This document shows positions 28,768 through 37,359 of a stretch of DNA of 64,000 nt, piece by piece. The stretch spans positions 18,411-82,410 of the forward strand of contig CAMDOF010000012.1 of the NCBI GenBank assembly GCA_945903465.1, written 5' to 3'. The position numbers and the translations under genes were made by a program. The notes beneath the pieces are model-generated. The model saw nothing but the letters and a program-made list of their open reading frames with translations, was not told the origin of the DNA and made no database searches. Position 1 is the first letter of the stretch, and the number at the start of each line of letters is the position of its first letter. Origin of the DNA: Opitutus sp. GAS368 (lineage in GTDB: Bacteria > Verrucomicrobiota > Verrucomicrobiia > Opitutales > Opitutaceae).

Positions 28768-31071
28768 ATGGACGACAACGCTCCCAAGGAGAATCCGCCA
28801 ACGGATTTCAACAAACTAGACTTGAGCCAATTGCAGGGCTTCAGTTTCGGCACGCAATGGTCGCAGGAAAAATCTTCCTCGTCCGATCAACTGGTGCGGG
28901 AGCACGGCGGCGACCGGCCGCGGCGAGAGGATCGTCGCGACGGTGGCATGGGTGGCCCCGACCGCCGCGATCGCCGCCCGTTTCGCCGGCCTGCTGGGCC
29001 CGATGACGTTGCGCCCGCGCCCGCGGCAACGCCCGCTCCGAGTTCTCTGGGCGGCGCCGGCGCTGGTGGGCCGGGTCGAGATTATTCTGGTAATCGCGGT
29101 CCGCGGCCGAGTGGTGGCGAATTTCGCGGTGGCCCCAGCGGTGGCACTGGCGGTGGCACTGGCGGTGGCACTGGCGGTGGTGATTATCGCGGTGGCCCCC
29201 GGCGTGAAGGTGGTTACGCGGGTGGCCAGGGCGCCCCTCGTTACCAGGGTGGCCAAGGTGGCCAGGGTGGCCAGGGTGGCCAGGGTGGCCAAGGCGGCTA
29301 TGGAGGCTATGGTGGCCGTGGAGCCCCGCAAGATCGCGGCCCTTACGACAGTCCCTATTTCAGTGTCACTTTTTACCCAGAAGACACGAGCTTCAACACG
29401 TTGGTGCAAACCATCCGGAAGTCTTGTCGGACGGTCGAATTGTTTGAAATTGCGCGTACGGTGGTGGCGAAAACGGACCGCTTCGTCGTCGTGGTAGCTC
29501 ACAAATCATCCGAGGGCCAGGGTGGTTCAGGCGGGCAAGCGGGGTCGGTTGAGGGAACGGCGCCAAAGGCCGCTCGTCCTCAATTTCACCTCTCTGTTCC
29601 GGATGGAATTCCGTTTGAAACGGACGAGGCCGCGGTGGCTCACGTATTGGATAAACACTTGGACAAGTTTTTTGATACGGCCGAGGTTGAGGTCGATCCG
29701 CCCAAGGGTAATTACCTGGTGATTAATCGCTGCGGCGTGACGGGCGAATTGTTGGGGCCGCCCAATTATCACCGATATAATCAGATCGTGATGCAGCATT
29801 ACACAGGGAAAATTGGCGCGCGGATGCCGCTGGATATCTTTCGTGGTCGCATCGAGACGATTCGTGACCCAGAGGTTGTTAACCAATGGCTCGCGAAGAT
29901 GAAGAAGACGACGCGGTACACTTGGAAGTTGGACGCGGCCGGCAAGCCCTTGGTGAAAGTGGCGGTGGAGAGCCCAGCCGCGGCCGTCGTGCCCGACGCG
30001 GTTGCGGTGGTCGGGGAAACGCCCGCGAGCGAGCCTCCGGCCGGCATAACCCCAGCGGTCTCGACGGTGCCCACGTTTGATTCCTTAGAGGACGCGCGGG
30101 TGTACTTGCTCACGCAGGCGCGCGATAAAGTGGTCCGTACTTCAGAGAACGCTCGTTTCCACGGTAGCCTAGGGGAAATTTTGCCCCCGGGAGAAATCCG
30201 TCGGGCTCTGGAAGGCGCGGTCGATCGGCAGCGACGGTTTCCGCTCGATACGGCGAACGCCTTGCGCGGCCGGTTGCGTCGTGAGCACTTCACGATTTTC
30301 AAGAAGGGCTCAAAGGGGGTCTCTTACGTCTGCGCGGTGAAGCGTAAATTCCGAGTTCCCGGTCAGACCTTCGCGGATAGCATTGGCGCTCTGATCAACT
30401 TCATCGAGACTCATCCCATGGTGCGGGCGAGTGAGTTGGCGGCAAAGTTCTTGGGACTGGTGGCGCCAACTCCAGCCTCGCCCAAAGTACCCGCGCCTTT
30501 GGCCCCAGCGGCAGACGCGGCGACGGCGGCAGCGCCAGCGCCAGCGCCTGTGGTCAGCAAAGTCGAGTTTACTCTCACCATCGAGGAACGTGCCAAGCTA
30601 GGGCGCCTCCAAGGCGATTTGATCTGGCTGGTTCGTGAGGGTTATGTCACCGAGTTGATCGATGGTCGCCTGTTTGCGCCACCGCCGATGATTGAGGCGC
30701 GTAAAAAAGAAATCGAAGCGGAAGACCACGATCCAGAAAACTTCCCAGAGGTTCCCTTCAGCGCCGCCCCCGCCGCAACAACTGTAGCGGTCGCCGTCGA
30801 GAGCCCCGCTCCTCCGGTGGTCGTCCCTGCCGAAGCCGCCTCGAGTGAGGCGGCGTCGAGTGAGGTCGCTTCGAGTGAGGTCGCTTCGAGCGAGGCTGTG
30901 TCGAGCGAGGTCGCGTCGAGTGAGGCTGCGTCGAGTGAGGCCGCTTCGAGCGAGGTCGCTTCGAGTGAGGTCGCTTCGAGTGAGGTCGCTTCGAGTGAGG
31001 TCGCTTCGAGCGAGGTCGCGCCGAGTGAAGGGAGCCAGTCGGAGCCGCCGGCGGCTTCTGCGGTGACTTAA
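28768..31071 (+). CDS. hypothetical protein with an RGG/GGQ/GGY low-complexity N-terminus and an SSEVA-repeat C-terminus
   Basis: 767-aa ORF. Residues ~40-200 are R/D/G/P-rich, then G/Q/Y-rich (GGTGGGTGGGTGGG, QGGQGGQGGQGGQGGQGGYGGYGGRG). The central ~450 aa look ordered but show no motif I recognise. The tail has ~12-13 SE(A/V)(A/V)S pentapeptides. Confidence 0.8.
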   Translation: MDDNAPKENPPTDFNKLDLSQLQGFSFGTQWSQEKSSSSDQLVREHGGDRPRREDRRDGGMGGPDRRDRRPFRRPAGPDDVAPAPAATPAPSSLGGAGAGGPGRDYSGNRGPRPSGGEFRGGPSGGTGGGTGGGTGGGDYRGGPRREGGYAGGQGAPRYQGGQGGQGGQGGQGGQGGYGGYGGRGAPQDRGPYDSPYFSVTFYPEDTSFNTLVQTIRKSCRTVELFEIARTVVAKTDRFVVVVAHKSSEGQGGSGGQAGSVEGTAPKAARPQFHLSVPDGIPFETDEAAVAHVLDKHLDKFFDTAEVEVDPPKGNYLVINRCGVTGELLGPPNYHRYNQIVMQHYTGKIGARMPLDIFRGRIETIRDPEVVNQWLAKMKKTTRYTWKLDAAGKPLVKVAVESPAAAVVPDAVAVVGETPASEPPAGITPAVSTVPTFDSLEDARVYLLTQARDKVVRTSENARFHGSLGEILPPGEIRRALEGAVDRQRRFPLDTANALRGRLRREHFTIFKKGSKGVSYVCAVKRKFRVPGQTFADSIGALINFIETHPMVRASELAAKFLGLVAPTPASPKVPAPLAPAADAATAAAPAPAPVVSKVEFTLTIEERAKLGRLQGDLIWLVREGYVTELIDGRLFAPPPMIEARKKEIEAEDHDPENFPEVPFSAAPAATTVAVAVESPAPPVVVPAEAASSEAASSEVASSEVASSEAVSSEVASSEAASSEAASSEVASSEVASSEVASSEVASSEVAPSEGSQSEPPAASAVT
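29248..29292 (+). repeat. in-frame 9-bp tandem repeat (GGTGGCCAR x5, encodes GGQ)
   Basis: Read directly from the sequence. A second in-frame 12-bp repeat (GGTGGCACTGGC x3) lies at 29140-29175. Confidence 0.9.
30835..31030 (+). repeat. in-frame 15-bp tandem repeat (~12-13 copies of TCGAGTGAGGTCGCT and variants)
   Basis: Read directly from the sequence. The copies differ mainly at 2-4 positions (GTC/GCC/GCT/GCG, AGT/AGC). Confidence 0.95.
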
Positions 31072-31094
31072 GATTTTTGAGCTGACGGTTACTT

Positions 31095-31125
31095 GGGCTC
31101 GGGCGGCTTGGCTGCACCCGAGCCC
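31095..31125. terminator. hairpin between convergent genes (possible bidirectional terminator)
   Basis: GGGCTCGGG-13 nt-CCCGAGCCC is a 9-bp perfect stem followed by TTT. It lies between the stop at 31071 (+) and the tsaE stop at 31150 (-). Confidence 0.5.
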
Positions 31126-31149
31126 TTTCGGTGGTTAGATCGGCGTGCC

Positions 31150-31593
31150 TTACTCGCTCCGGAGCTTGATTGAGTGGTGCTCCTCCGTGGTGATACCCAG
31201 TTCAAGGTGAAGCGTGCCGATGGGCAGCCATTCGGCAATTTTATCGGGCCATTCCACCGCGAGGCACCATGGTGAGATCATGAAGTCGCTGAGGAGTAAA
31301 TCGTCGACCTGGCGGGCGTTTTCTAGCCGGTAAGCGTCAAGATGCAGTAGGTTGCACCGGCCGCGATGGAGAGAAAATATATTGAAAGTCGGGCTTGTCA
31401 CCATTTCTTGAATACCGAGACCTCGGGCGAGGCCTTGCACGAAGGTTGTTTTTCCCACGCCGAGGTTGCCGTGGAGGGCGAGCGTCGTGTCGACGGGCAG
31501 CGCGTGGGCGAAGGTTGCGGCGAGGGCGCGCGTCGCTTCGGCGGAGGTTGTAATCACCCCTTGGCGTAACTTATCGCAGATGTTCGTAGCCAT
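31150..31593 (-). CDS. tsaE: tRNA t6A37 biosynthesis ATPase TsaE (YjeE)
   Basis: 147 aa from ATG 31593. It has the P-loop GNLGVGKTTFVQGLARGLG, SPTFNI and HLDAYR. Confidence 0.9.
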   Translation of the reverse strand: MATNICDKLRQGVITTSAEATRALAATFAHALPVDTTLALHGNLGVGKTTFVQGLARGLGIQEMVTSPTFNIFSLHRGRCNLLHLDAYRLENARQVDDLLLSDFMISPWCLAVEWPDKIAEWLPIGTLHLELGITTEEHHSIKLRSE

Positions 31594-32500
31594 GGTAGTC
31601 AGCGATTCGGAGCGTAGTGGCGAGCTGTTGGCCGTTGGGGGCAAAGCACCCGATACAAGTGACGCGGAGGCGGGGGAACGCTCGTCTCCAAGCGCGCGCG
31701 AAGGCGCCCTGATCTGCGTTTTTATTTAGTACGAAAAGAAGTTCGTAGTCTTCGCCGTCGGTGAGCGCCGCCTTCAAGTCTGCGCCGCGATGGCGGGGAA
31801 GTTGCCGCGCTTGGAGCGCGGGCACCGCGCCCAGAGGAGTCAGCGCGTGGATATCTTTGGCGAGACCATCGCTGAGGTCCAGCATCGCACGGACCTCGGG
31901 GCGTTGGGCGAGCCACCCGCCCTCGCGGAGCCGTGGTGAAAAACGGAAATGCCGGCCGGAGGCGAGGCTGCCGCCGAGCGCCCCCGTCACGTAAATCCAG
32001 TCGCCGACTTTCGCGCCGGTGCGGGTCAGGACGCGCTCGCCCTGAGCTTCCCCGAGCAGGGTGAGACTAGCGGCGACGACGCCATTGGCTTGGGCGAGAT
32101 CACCGCCGACGATGGGCACGTGGTAGCGGCGAGCGGTTTCGGCCAGACCGCGGTAGAAAGCTTCCAACCAATCACGGCTAACCCGAGGGTCTAAGGTGAG
32201 CGCGAGGACAGCGGCGGTGGGCCGGCCGCCCATGGCGGCGAGGTCGCTGAGGTTCCGCTTTAATAATTTGGCGCCGACTGCCCGGGGGGCCACGGTTTCG
32301 TCGAAGTGGCGTCCGAAAATGACGGGGTCGACGGTGATGAGTTGTCGCCGGTGTGACGCGGGTAAGACGGCGCAATCGTTGCCGATCCCGAAGGGGGGAG
32401 GTGGGTTCGATGTTCCGAGCCAGCGGCGAATTGACTGAATGAGTTTGGTCTCGCCCCAAGCGGAGACGGTGGCATCGGCGTGCGGCGTGAACGGATGCAT
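31571..32500 (-). CDS. thiL: thiamine-monophosphate kinase
   Basis: 309 aa with a PurM/AIR-synthase-like fold signature (GIGNDCAVL, NLSDLAAMGG, GGDL, DLSDGLAKD). It overlaps the tsaE start by 23 nt. Confidence 0.85.
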   Translation of the reverse strand: MHPFTPHADATVSAWGETKLIQSIRRWLGTSNPPPPFGIGNDCAVLPASHRRQLITVDPVIFGRHFDETVAPRAVGAKLLKRNLSDLAAMGGRPTAAVLALTLDPRVSRDWLEAFYRGLAETARRYHVPIVGGDLAQANGVVAASLTLLGEAQGERVLTRTGAKVGDWIYVTGALGGSLASGRHFRFSPRLREGGWLAQRPEVRAMLDLSDGLAKDIHALTPLGAVPALQARQLPRHRGADLKAALTDGEDYELLFVLNKNADQGAFARAWRRAFPRLRVTCIGCFAPNGQQLATTLRIADYHGYEHLR

Positions 32501-32511
32501 GGTGCCGTTAG

Positions 32512-33342
32512 TTAAAGATCGGTCCCGCAGAAAATGAGGAGGATCGTGTTAAGATTAAATAAAGCGTGAGCGAAAATCGCGGTGCTGATTTTCCCCGTCC
32601 GTTCGTAGGCGAGCGAAAAGATCACGGAGAGAACGGTGAGTGGGGCGAGACTGCTGAGACCTTGGAGGGTGTGCCAGTTCACGTGTAAGGATGCGAAGAA
32701 GAGTCCGGGGATCACCAAGGCGGCCCAACGAGGCAGGCGCGTGCGAAAATGCCGGAAGAGACCGCCGCGAAAAACGAGTTCCTCGGAGACGGGCGCAATC
32801 ACGACCGCGAGAAAGGTCATAATGATGATCAACCCTGCGGAGTCGGCTTGGGCGAACATGCCGATCAGATCTTGTTTCCCGGTCGGCAACCCCGCGAGCT
32901 GCAGGAGCAGCTCCGAAAGTTTTGCGGACGCAATGACCAAGGGTATCGCAACGAGAAAAGTGGCGACTCCAGCGGTAAAGCTTGCGCGTGGCGAGGATAG
33001 CCGGGGCATGGATTTTTTCTCGACGAGAATGCGGTGGGTGAGCACGCCCAGCAGCAGACCGAGCTGGGTGAACGCGCCGCTAAAGACGGTCATCGTATCG
33101 CCCCGAAAAGGGAGGAGTTTACCGACAAAACCCGCCGCGATTGCGGCGATGCTGCTCCCCCCCATGACCAACAGCAGGAAACTTAGAAAATCGGCCATCG
33201 AAATATCCCAGGCCGGGAGCCGCGAGATCGGTGGGTGAGCTCGGGCGGCGGGCTGCATGACGAATTTCCAGAGCAGCCCGCAACCGATCAGGGCAAGCGT
33301 GATTTCAACGACGCCGGCGATGGAGGAGAGGGCGTTGCGCAT
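32512..33342 (-). CDS. CPBP-family intramembrane glutamic endopeptidase (CAAX protease-like)
   Basis: 276 aa and polytopic. It carries the EELVFRG, FASLH and HALFN motifs. Confidence 0.85.
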   Translation of the reverse strand: MRNALSSIAGVVEITLALIGCGLLWKFVMQPAARAHPPISRLPAWDISMADFLSFLLLVMGGSSIAAIAAGFVGKLLPFRGDTMTVFSGAFTQLGLLLGVLTHRILVEKKSMPRLSSPRASFTAGVATFLVAIPLVIASAKLSELLLQLAGLPTGKQDLIGMFAQADSAGLIIIMTFLAVVIAPVSEELVFRGGLFRHFRTRLPRWAALVIPGLFFASLHVNWHTLQGLSSLAPLTVLSVIFSLAYERTGKISTAIFAHALFNLNTILLIFCGTDL

Positions 33343-33375
33343 GGCTAACGGCAGTCGGTGACCGGGCCGTTGGGA

Positions 33376-34665
33376 TTAAATAATCCGACCGCCCGAGAAA
33401 ACGATCCGGCCGCCGACGATGGTCGTCTTCACGCGACCAGTGAGCGTCTGCCCCGACCAAGGTGAATTACTGGATTTACTGAACCCGACTTTGGCGTCGT
33501 AAAGCCATTTTTCAGCAGGATCGAAAATGCAGATATCCGCCTCGGCGCCCAACGCGAGGGTTCCGCCCGGAAGGTTGATCAGACGGGCCGGGCGGCGTGT
33601 CATGAGGTCGATGACGAAGGGTAGTTTGAATTTATTTTTTCGTACGAGGATATCGAGCGTGACGGGCAGCGCAGTCTCCAGGCCGATAATCCCGTTGGGT
33701 GCGTAATCGAATTCCTTGTCTTTTTCGTAGTCAGTGTGAGGAGCATGGTCGGTTGCGATGATGTCGAGCGTGCCGTCGCGCAAACCCGCGATCAGGGCCT
33801 GCCGGTCGACTTCGGTCCGCAAGGGCGGATTCATCTTGAAGTGAGTATCGTAGGTCGCGAGTAAATCGTCGGTCAGGGCGATGTGATGAGGGGTGGCCTC
33901 GGCGGTGATGCGGGCACCGCGCTGTTTGGCCCGGCGAATAATATCGACGGAAAAACGCGAGGAAATGTGCTGCAGGTGGATGTGGGCGCCCGTGTACTCA
34001 GAGAGAATGACATTGCGTGCGACGATCAAGTCCTCGGCGGCATTGGGCCAGCCGCGAAGCCCGAGGCGGGTCGACATTACGCCCTCATTCATCACCGCAC
34101 CCTGAGTCATCGATTGATCCTGGCAGTGATCCATTACGGGCAGGTCGAACATCTTGGCGTATTCCACCGCGCGACGCATGAGGTCATTGGACTGCACGCA
34201 GTCACCGTCGTCGGTGATGGCTACGACCCCGGCTCGTTTGAGTGAGCCGATGGGAGCGAGGGAATCGCCTTTCATGCCGACCGTGATGCACCCGGTGGGA
34301 TGGACGCGGATGACGGCATCGCGCCGGATGACGTCGTTCATTAGTTGGATGGTGCCGGGGTTGTCGGCGACGGGTGCGGTATTCGGCATGCATACGACTG
34401 TCGTGAATCCGCCGGCGGCGGCGGCGCGTGAGCCTGTCCCGATCGTTTCTTTGTGCGTCTGGCCGGGTTCGCGAAAATGGACGTGGACGTCGATCAATCC
34501 AGGGCAGGCGACCAAGCCCTGTGCATCGATTAGTTTTGCGCGTTTTTTGGTGGCACCGGACAGTGAATCGACGAATTTTCCATCGGCGACGAAGAGATCG
34601 CCGATGGCGTCGCGTTGCGAGGCGGGGTCGATGACGCGGGCATTTTTGATCCAGAGTGAAGACAT
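33376..34665 (-). CDS. pyrC: dihydroorotase (long, allantoinase-like type)
   Basis: 429 aa with DVHVHFREPG, ...TAEATPHH... and ATDHAPH. It lies directly downstream of pyrB. Confidence 0.9.
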   Translation of the reverse strand: MSSLWIKNARVIDPASQRDAIGDLFVADGKFVDSLSGATKKRAKLIDAQGLVACPGLIDVHVHFREPGQTHKETIGTGSRAAAAGGFTTVVCMPNTAPVADNPGTIQLMNDVIRRDAVIRVHPTGCITVGMKGDSLAPIGSLKRAGVVAITDDGDCVQSNDLMRRAVEYAKMFDLPVMDHCQDQSMTQGAVMNEGVMSTRLGLRGWPNAAEDLIVARNVILSEYTGAHIHLQHISSRFSVDIIRRAKQRGARITAEATPHHIALTDDLLATYDTHFKMNPPLRTEVDRQALIAGLRDGTLDIIATDHAPHTDYEKDKEFDYAPNGIIGLETALPVTLDILVRKNKFKLPFVIDLMTRRPARLINLPGGTLALGAEADICIFDPAEKWLYDAKVGFSKSSNSPWSGQTLTGRVKTTIVGGRIVFSGGRII

Positions 34666-34772
34666 CGGAGAACAGTTAAGGCCGAAAAATAGCGCTGAGC
34701 GTTGGTTGCAGTGATTGAGATGGGGGCGCTAGGTGAGGGGCCCGAAGCGGCGGCGGAAAGAGCGGGCGAGCC

Positions 34773-35750
34773 TCACTCTGCGCCAGCCGGGCGGCTGGTC
34801 TCGGTTGCGGGGGCGGGCGTGACATTTTCAGGTTGGCCGCCCGCGCAGAGGTAGAGGACGGCCATCCGGACAGCGATGCCATTAGTGACTTGTTGGAGGA
34901 TGACGCTGCGGTCGCCGTCGGCGAGTTCGCTATCGATTTCGACGCCACGGTTGATCGGGCCGGGGTGCATGATGATGGCTTTGGGATTGAGCCACGATGC
35001 GCGGGTTTTATTAAGACCAAACATACTCGTGTATTCGCCGATGGAGGGGAACAGTCCGGCGGCTTGGCGCTCGTGTTGGATGCGGAGAAGCATCACCACT
35101 TCGGCATCGGCGAGCGCGCCGCGTAAATCGTGGGAGACGCGCACGCCCATCGCGGTAAACCATTGGGGCACCAGCGTCGATGGGCCGACGAGGGTGACGG
35201 CGGCGCCCATCTTGGTGAGGGCGTGAATATTCGAGCGAGCGACCCGGCTGAAGAGAATGTCGCCAAGAATCACCACCTTGCGCCCGCGCAGGCAGCCGAG
35301 GCGCTCCTTCATGGTAAAGGTATCAAGCAGACCCTGCGTTGGATGTTCGTGAGCGCCATCACCCGCGTTGATCACGGGAATGTTGAGGATGCGTGAAAGA
35401 TACAGCGGAGAACCGGCGGCGGCGTGGCGGATGACGATCATATCGGCCTGCAGCGCCTGCAGATTTTGAGCGGTATCACGCAAGGTTTCGCCCTTGGTGG
35501 TGCTACTGCTGGAGCCGTCGAGGGAAATGACGTCCGCGCTGAGTCGCTTGGCCGCCATGTCGAAAGCGAGGCGGGTGCGCGTGCTCGGCTCAAGGAAGAG
35601 GTTGACGATCGTCTTGCCGCGGAGGGCCGGAACTTTTTTGACGCTCCGCGTAAGCGTGCTTTTGAAGGCGACGGCGGTTGCATGGATTTGCTCGATCTCA
35701 GCGAGGGAAAGCTCCTCGATGGTGAGCAGATGGCGACGGGTCCAGGGCAC
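34773..35750 (-). CDS. pyrB: aspartate carbamoyltransferase catalytic subunit
   Basis: 325 aa with STRTRLAF, HPTQ and HPGP motifs. Confidence 0.95.
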   Translation of the reverse strand: MPWTRRHLLTIEELSLAEIEQIHATAVAFKSTLTRSVKKVPALRGKTIVNLFLEPSTRTRLAFDMAAKRLSADVISLDGSSSSTTKGETLRDTAQNLQALQADMIVIRHAAAGSPLYLSRILNIPVINAGDGAHEHPTQGLLDTFTMKERLGCLRGRKVVILGDILFSRVARSNIHALTKMGAAVTLVGPSTLVPQWFTAMGVRVSHDLRGALADAEVVMLLRIQHERQAAGLFPSIGEYTSMFGLNKTRASWLNPKAIIMHPGPINRGVEIDSELADGDRSVILQQVTNGIAVRMAVLYLCAGGQPENVTPAPATETSRPAGAE

Positions 35751-35763
35751 AGGTGGAGGCGGT

Positions 35764-36300
35764 TTAAATTTTAGTTTGGGCTTTGGCGGGTGTGATCCAA
35801 ATCGAGTCGCGGGTAGCGTCCGTGGCGTGAAGCGAGACGACGATTTTTTCTTGGCAGGGAGTCGGTAAGCTCAGTCCGAGGTAGTCGGCCGAGATGGGTA
35901 AACGACGGCCGCCGCGATCGACGAGGACGGCGAGTTCGACCGTGGCAGCTCGGCCGTGGTCGAAGAGCTCATCGAGTGCGGCCTTGACGGTCCGGCCAGA
36001 GAAAAGGACGTCGTCGACGAGAATAACGCAGGCGCCGTCGACGTCAGCGGGAATCTGCGTGGGAGCGAACTCCTTGGGGATGGGCTGCCGCGCGATGTCG
36101 TCGCGATGAAACGAAATATCGACGGTGCCGTGGCGAGCGCGGAGCTTTTGGGCGAGCCGGCGGGCGAGTTCGACGCCACCGTTGGCAATACCCAAGAGAA
36201 GCAGTTTCGCTGGGGCGGTGTGGCGATCGGCAATGGCGGCAGCGAGCCGCTCAATTGCTGCGTGAATCTCTGAAGAACCGATGATTTTAGATTGGGCCAC
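35764..36300 (-). CDS. pyrR: bifunctional pyrimidine regulatory protein / uracil phosphoribosyltransferase
   Basis: 178 aa with the PRPP-binding motif VILVDDVLFSGRT. It is the first gene of the pyrR-pyrB-pyrC array. Confidence 0.9.
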   Translation of the reverse strand: MAQSKIIGSSEIHAAIERLAAAIADRHTAPAKLLLLGIANGGVELARRLAQKLRARHGTVDISFHRDDIARQPIPKEFAPTQIPADVDGACVILVDDVLFSGRTVKAALDELFDHGRAATVELAVLVDRGGRRLPISADYLGLSLPTPCQEKIVVSLHATDATRDSIWITPAKAQTKI

Positions 36301-37315
36301 TACGGGGGGTTTTGACGGCAGGTTTGAGTGGAGGGAAGTTTTTTTTGGGCGGTTTCGAAGGCGGTCTTTTTAAATCTTGGTGGGCGCGCCTGTCGCGAGG
36401 GCCGCCGTTCATCGTTAAATTTCTTTCTGCAAGAGTAAGCTATCCAGGGTTTCTTCCGAATACGAATAGCGCTTGCACGAAAAGTGCCGGCCACCCGCAA
36501 CGGGGCCGCCGATTCGTCCACGCATTCCGGCTGTACGCATTCCGGCCAAGCCGCCCGTCGCTCCTCGGTGACGGCATGGGCAGTGGCTTTAGCCTCGTCG
36601 GTATGCTCCCGGGCCAACTCGACAGTCGGCGCATGGCCAATGCTTTTTTAGCGTGAGACGGATTCCGTCGGTCGGGGCACCGATCATGGCGTAACCGTAA
36701 AAGGCGTGGGGGAATCTGAGCGCGGCGTCCGTCTGCCCTAGTGGCGTGTCGGACTGAGAGATTTTTCAAAAAGCCGACGCCACAGAATCGCTTATGCGGC
36801 ATTTTCTCGGAGGGGTCTGATAGATTTGATGGGCTAAAATTCAGGAAAACTAGTGTAATACCCCTGGAGTCCGACAGGCGGCTAGTGGCGAACTTTCCCG
36901 GCGGCTCCGCGTCCCCGGTACGTGCGCGACTCTGGGCGTGCTTTTTTAAGCCAGGAATAATTTCTCAGGGCGTCCGCCGCGCCGCACGGTGGCTCGACTC
37001 AACCACGGACCGCGGATTACGTGACCCTTTTTTCATAGCAATTGCCCCGGTGGCGGCCCGCAGAAAAATCTCAGGGGATCCGCCGTATTCTCGGCGATGG
37101 GACCCGGGGCCGTGCCCCGTTTCTCGGTGGCACCCGGAGCAAGCGAGGAGGGACCGCTTTTGTTTTGGAAATTAGGGTGTCGCGCCACGTTTGGTGCGGG
37201 GTCAGCCGCTGAACGTGAGCGGGCGGCGCCGGCCTGCATGGGCCAATCCCAAATGAAATATCCGGATGCGACGGCGGGGACTCGGCTGCTTCGGCTTGCG
37301 CCGTGCGTGATTAGC

Positions 37316-37344
37316 GGCACGGTTTTTACGTGCCCCTCTTTTTT
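37316..37344 (+). terminator. terminator-like hairpin just upstream of the PSCyt gene
   Basis: GGCACG-GTTTTTA-CGTGCC, then CCTC and TTTTTT. It sits at the 3' end of the ~1-kb gene-less gap. Confidence 0.35.
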
Positions 37345-37359
37345 GGTGAACTCATATTT

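Noticed and set aside
28816-29502. The 228-aa minus-strand ORF and other frames across the GGQ/RGG repeat region.
   Set aside because: They are mirror or phase artefacts of the low-complexity repeats. The plus-strand frame continues into 1.7 kb of ordered coding sequence.
30835-31030. The tandem repeats here and at 52180-52236 might be CRISPR-like arrays.
   Set aside because: The repeats are head-to-tail with no spacers. The units are 15-16 bp, one array is in-frame coding sequence, and no cas genes are nearby.
21520-31071. A tRNA-Leu-anchored genomic island might carry the sigma54 module, the propeller protein and the RGG protein.
   Set aside because: There is no integrase next to the tRNA, I found no direct repeat of the tRNA 3' end downstream, and the block shows no obvious compositional shift.
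36301-36480. A PyrR-binding attenuator was expected in the pyrR leader.
   Set aside because: I could not find the conserved binding-loop core (CCAGAGAGG-type) or a terminator/antiterminator pair on the minus strand. PyrR may act differently here, or only as a UPRTase.
36812-36833. GGGGTCTGATAGATTTGATGGG resembles the 5' end of tmRNA (GGGGCTGATTCTGGATTCGACGGG).
   Set aside because: No matching 3' acceptor strand, T-arm (GGTTCGA-type) or CCA end occurs within 500 nt, and no tag reading frame is present.
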